Of a stretch of DNA of 59,128 nt, positions 58,341-59,128 are shown piece after piece. The notes beneath the pieces are model-generated. The model was given only the letters and a program-made list of their open reading frames with translations, was not told the origin of the DNA and searched no databases. The translations under genes were made by a program, and so were the position numbers. How positions within the stretch are numbered: the stretch's first letter is position 1; the number at the start of each line of letters is the position of its first letter. The DNA is taken from IMG/VR virus record IMGVR_UViG_3300048554_000481, positions 1 through 59,128 of that record. One strand, written 5' to 3'. The DNA is from a virus (lineage: Duplodnaviria > Caudoviricetes).

Positions 58341-59128
58341 AATTTCATCCCTTGGAATGTGCTACCGTTAACATCTTGCTTAGTGCCTCCGATAACGTAA
58401 CTACTAATCTCAGTTTCTTGTGGCGCAACTTGCACTTCTGCACCTGCAATCCACTTTTGTGTCCAAGGTAAAGGATTACTTACACCTTTGTATGGGCTTT
58501 CAAGTCCAACTGCCGTCATACGTTTATTAGCAGTCCATTCAACATATTCACCCAATAGTTGTGCATTTAGTCCAATCATTGATCCGTCCTTGAACAAATA
58601 GTCTGCCCAGGCTTTCTCTTGGTCTACTGCATCAATAAACAGTTGAACCATTTCGTCCCGAGTTTCTTCTTGGATACGAGCAAAGTCGGGATCATCTTTG
58701 GGCATCAGTTTTAGTAATGTTTGGGTACTACCCAAATGTACATTCTCATCTCTACAAATAAGTTTAATAATCTTAGCATTGCCTTCCATCTTCTTAAGTT
58801 CAGCAAATGCCCAGCTACATGCAAACGATACATAAAAGCGAACACCTTCAAGAATGTTTACACTCATCATAGCTTTCCATATTAACTTTTTCAATTCGTA
58901 TTTGTCAACTACAATCTTCTTACCGTTGACAGTGTGTGTACCTTCACCTAGTAAATTGTACCATTGACCCATTTCAATTAGGTCATCATAGTGCTTGCTG
59001 ATATCACTTGCACAATCCATAATAGGTGCAATCTCCATCATCTCGTCAAATACAATACTTGGGTTTGAATACACATTTCTAATAATATGTGTGTAACTGC
59101 GACTGTGGATAGTTTCGTTAAACGTCCA
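58337..59128 (-). CDS. nrdB: Ribonucleotide reductase class Ia beta subunit (5' end outside the window)
   Basis: NETIHSRSYTHIIRN, LEGVRFYVSF, RDENVH, VAPQETEISSY. Confidence 0.95.
   Translation of the reverse strand, partial: WTFNETIHSRSYTHIIRNVYSNPSIVFDEMMEIAPIMDCASDISKHYDDLIEMGQWYNLLGEGTHTVNGKKIVVDKYELKKLIWKAMMSVNILEGVRFYVSFACSWAFAELKKMEGNAKIIKLICRDENVHLGSTQTLLKLMPKDDPDFARIQEETRDEMVQLFIDAVDQEKAWADYLFKDGSMIGLNAQLLGEYVEWTANKRMTAVGLESPYKGVSNPLPWTQKWIAGAEVQVAPQETEISSYVIGGTKQDVNGSTFQGMKL

Overview
This AT-rich, gene-dense window is mostly coded on the minus strand. It reads as part of a large T4-like (jumbo) dsDNA phage genome: clamp loader, DNA ligase, NrdB plus glutaredoxin, PhoH, a DnaE fragment, PAAR-like and probable tail proteins, TATAAATA-type late promoters and repeated TTGACA early promoters. 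A marine alphaproteobacterial host, probably Rhodobacteraceae-like, is inferred from the alpha-type permuted tmRNA, aa3 oxidase subunit IV, pseudoazurin, porin and DUF1127. Host-like metabolic genes include pckA, gap, fba, prs, purC, pyrF, pyrD-like, guaC, queD, Fe-S proteins and a Rieske-family oxygenase. Translation and proteostasis genes include tmRNA, Pth2, IF3, bS21, tRNA-Trp, ClpS, GroES, Hsp20 and YccA. The most interesting signals are non-coding or below the ORF-track cutoff: (1) a two-piece tmRNA whose 121-nt intervening segment starts a hidden ORF; (2) an unrecognised multi-helix RNA of 200 nt or more between rpsU and hsp20; (3) a structured leader ahead of five TAATG-coupled small ORFs including DUF1127; (4) a glutamine (glnA-type) riboswitch before a 29-aa peptide; (5) a ROSE-like thermometer; (6) LysR-type boxes before host-derived genes; (7) a palindromic operator inside early promoters. 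All calls come from motif recognition by eye. No searches or folding programs were run.
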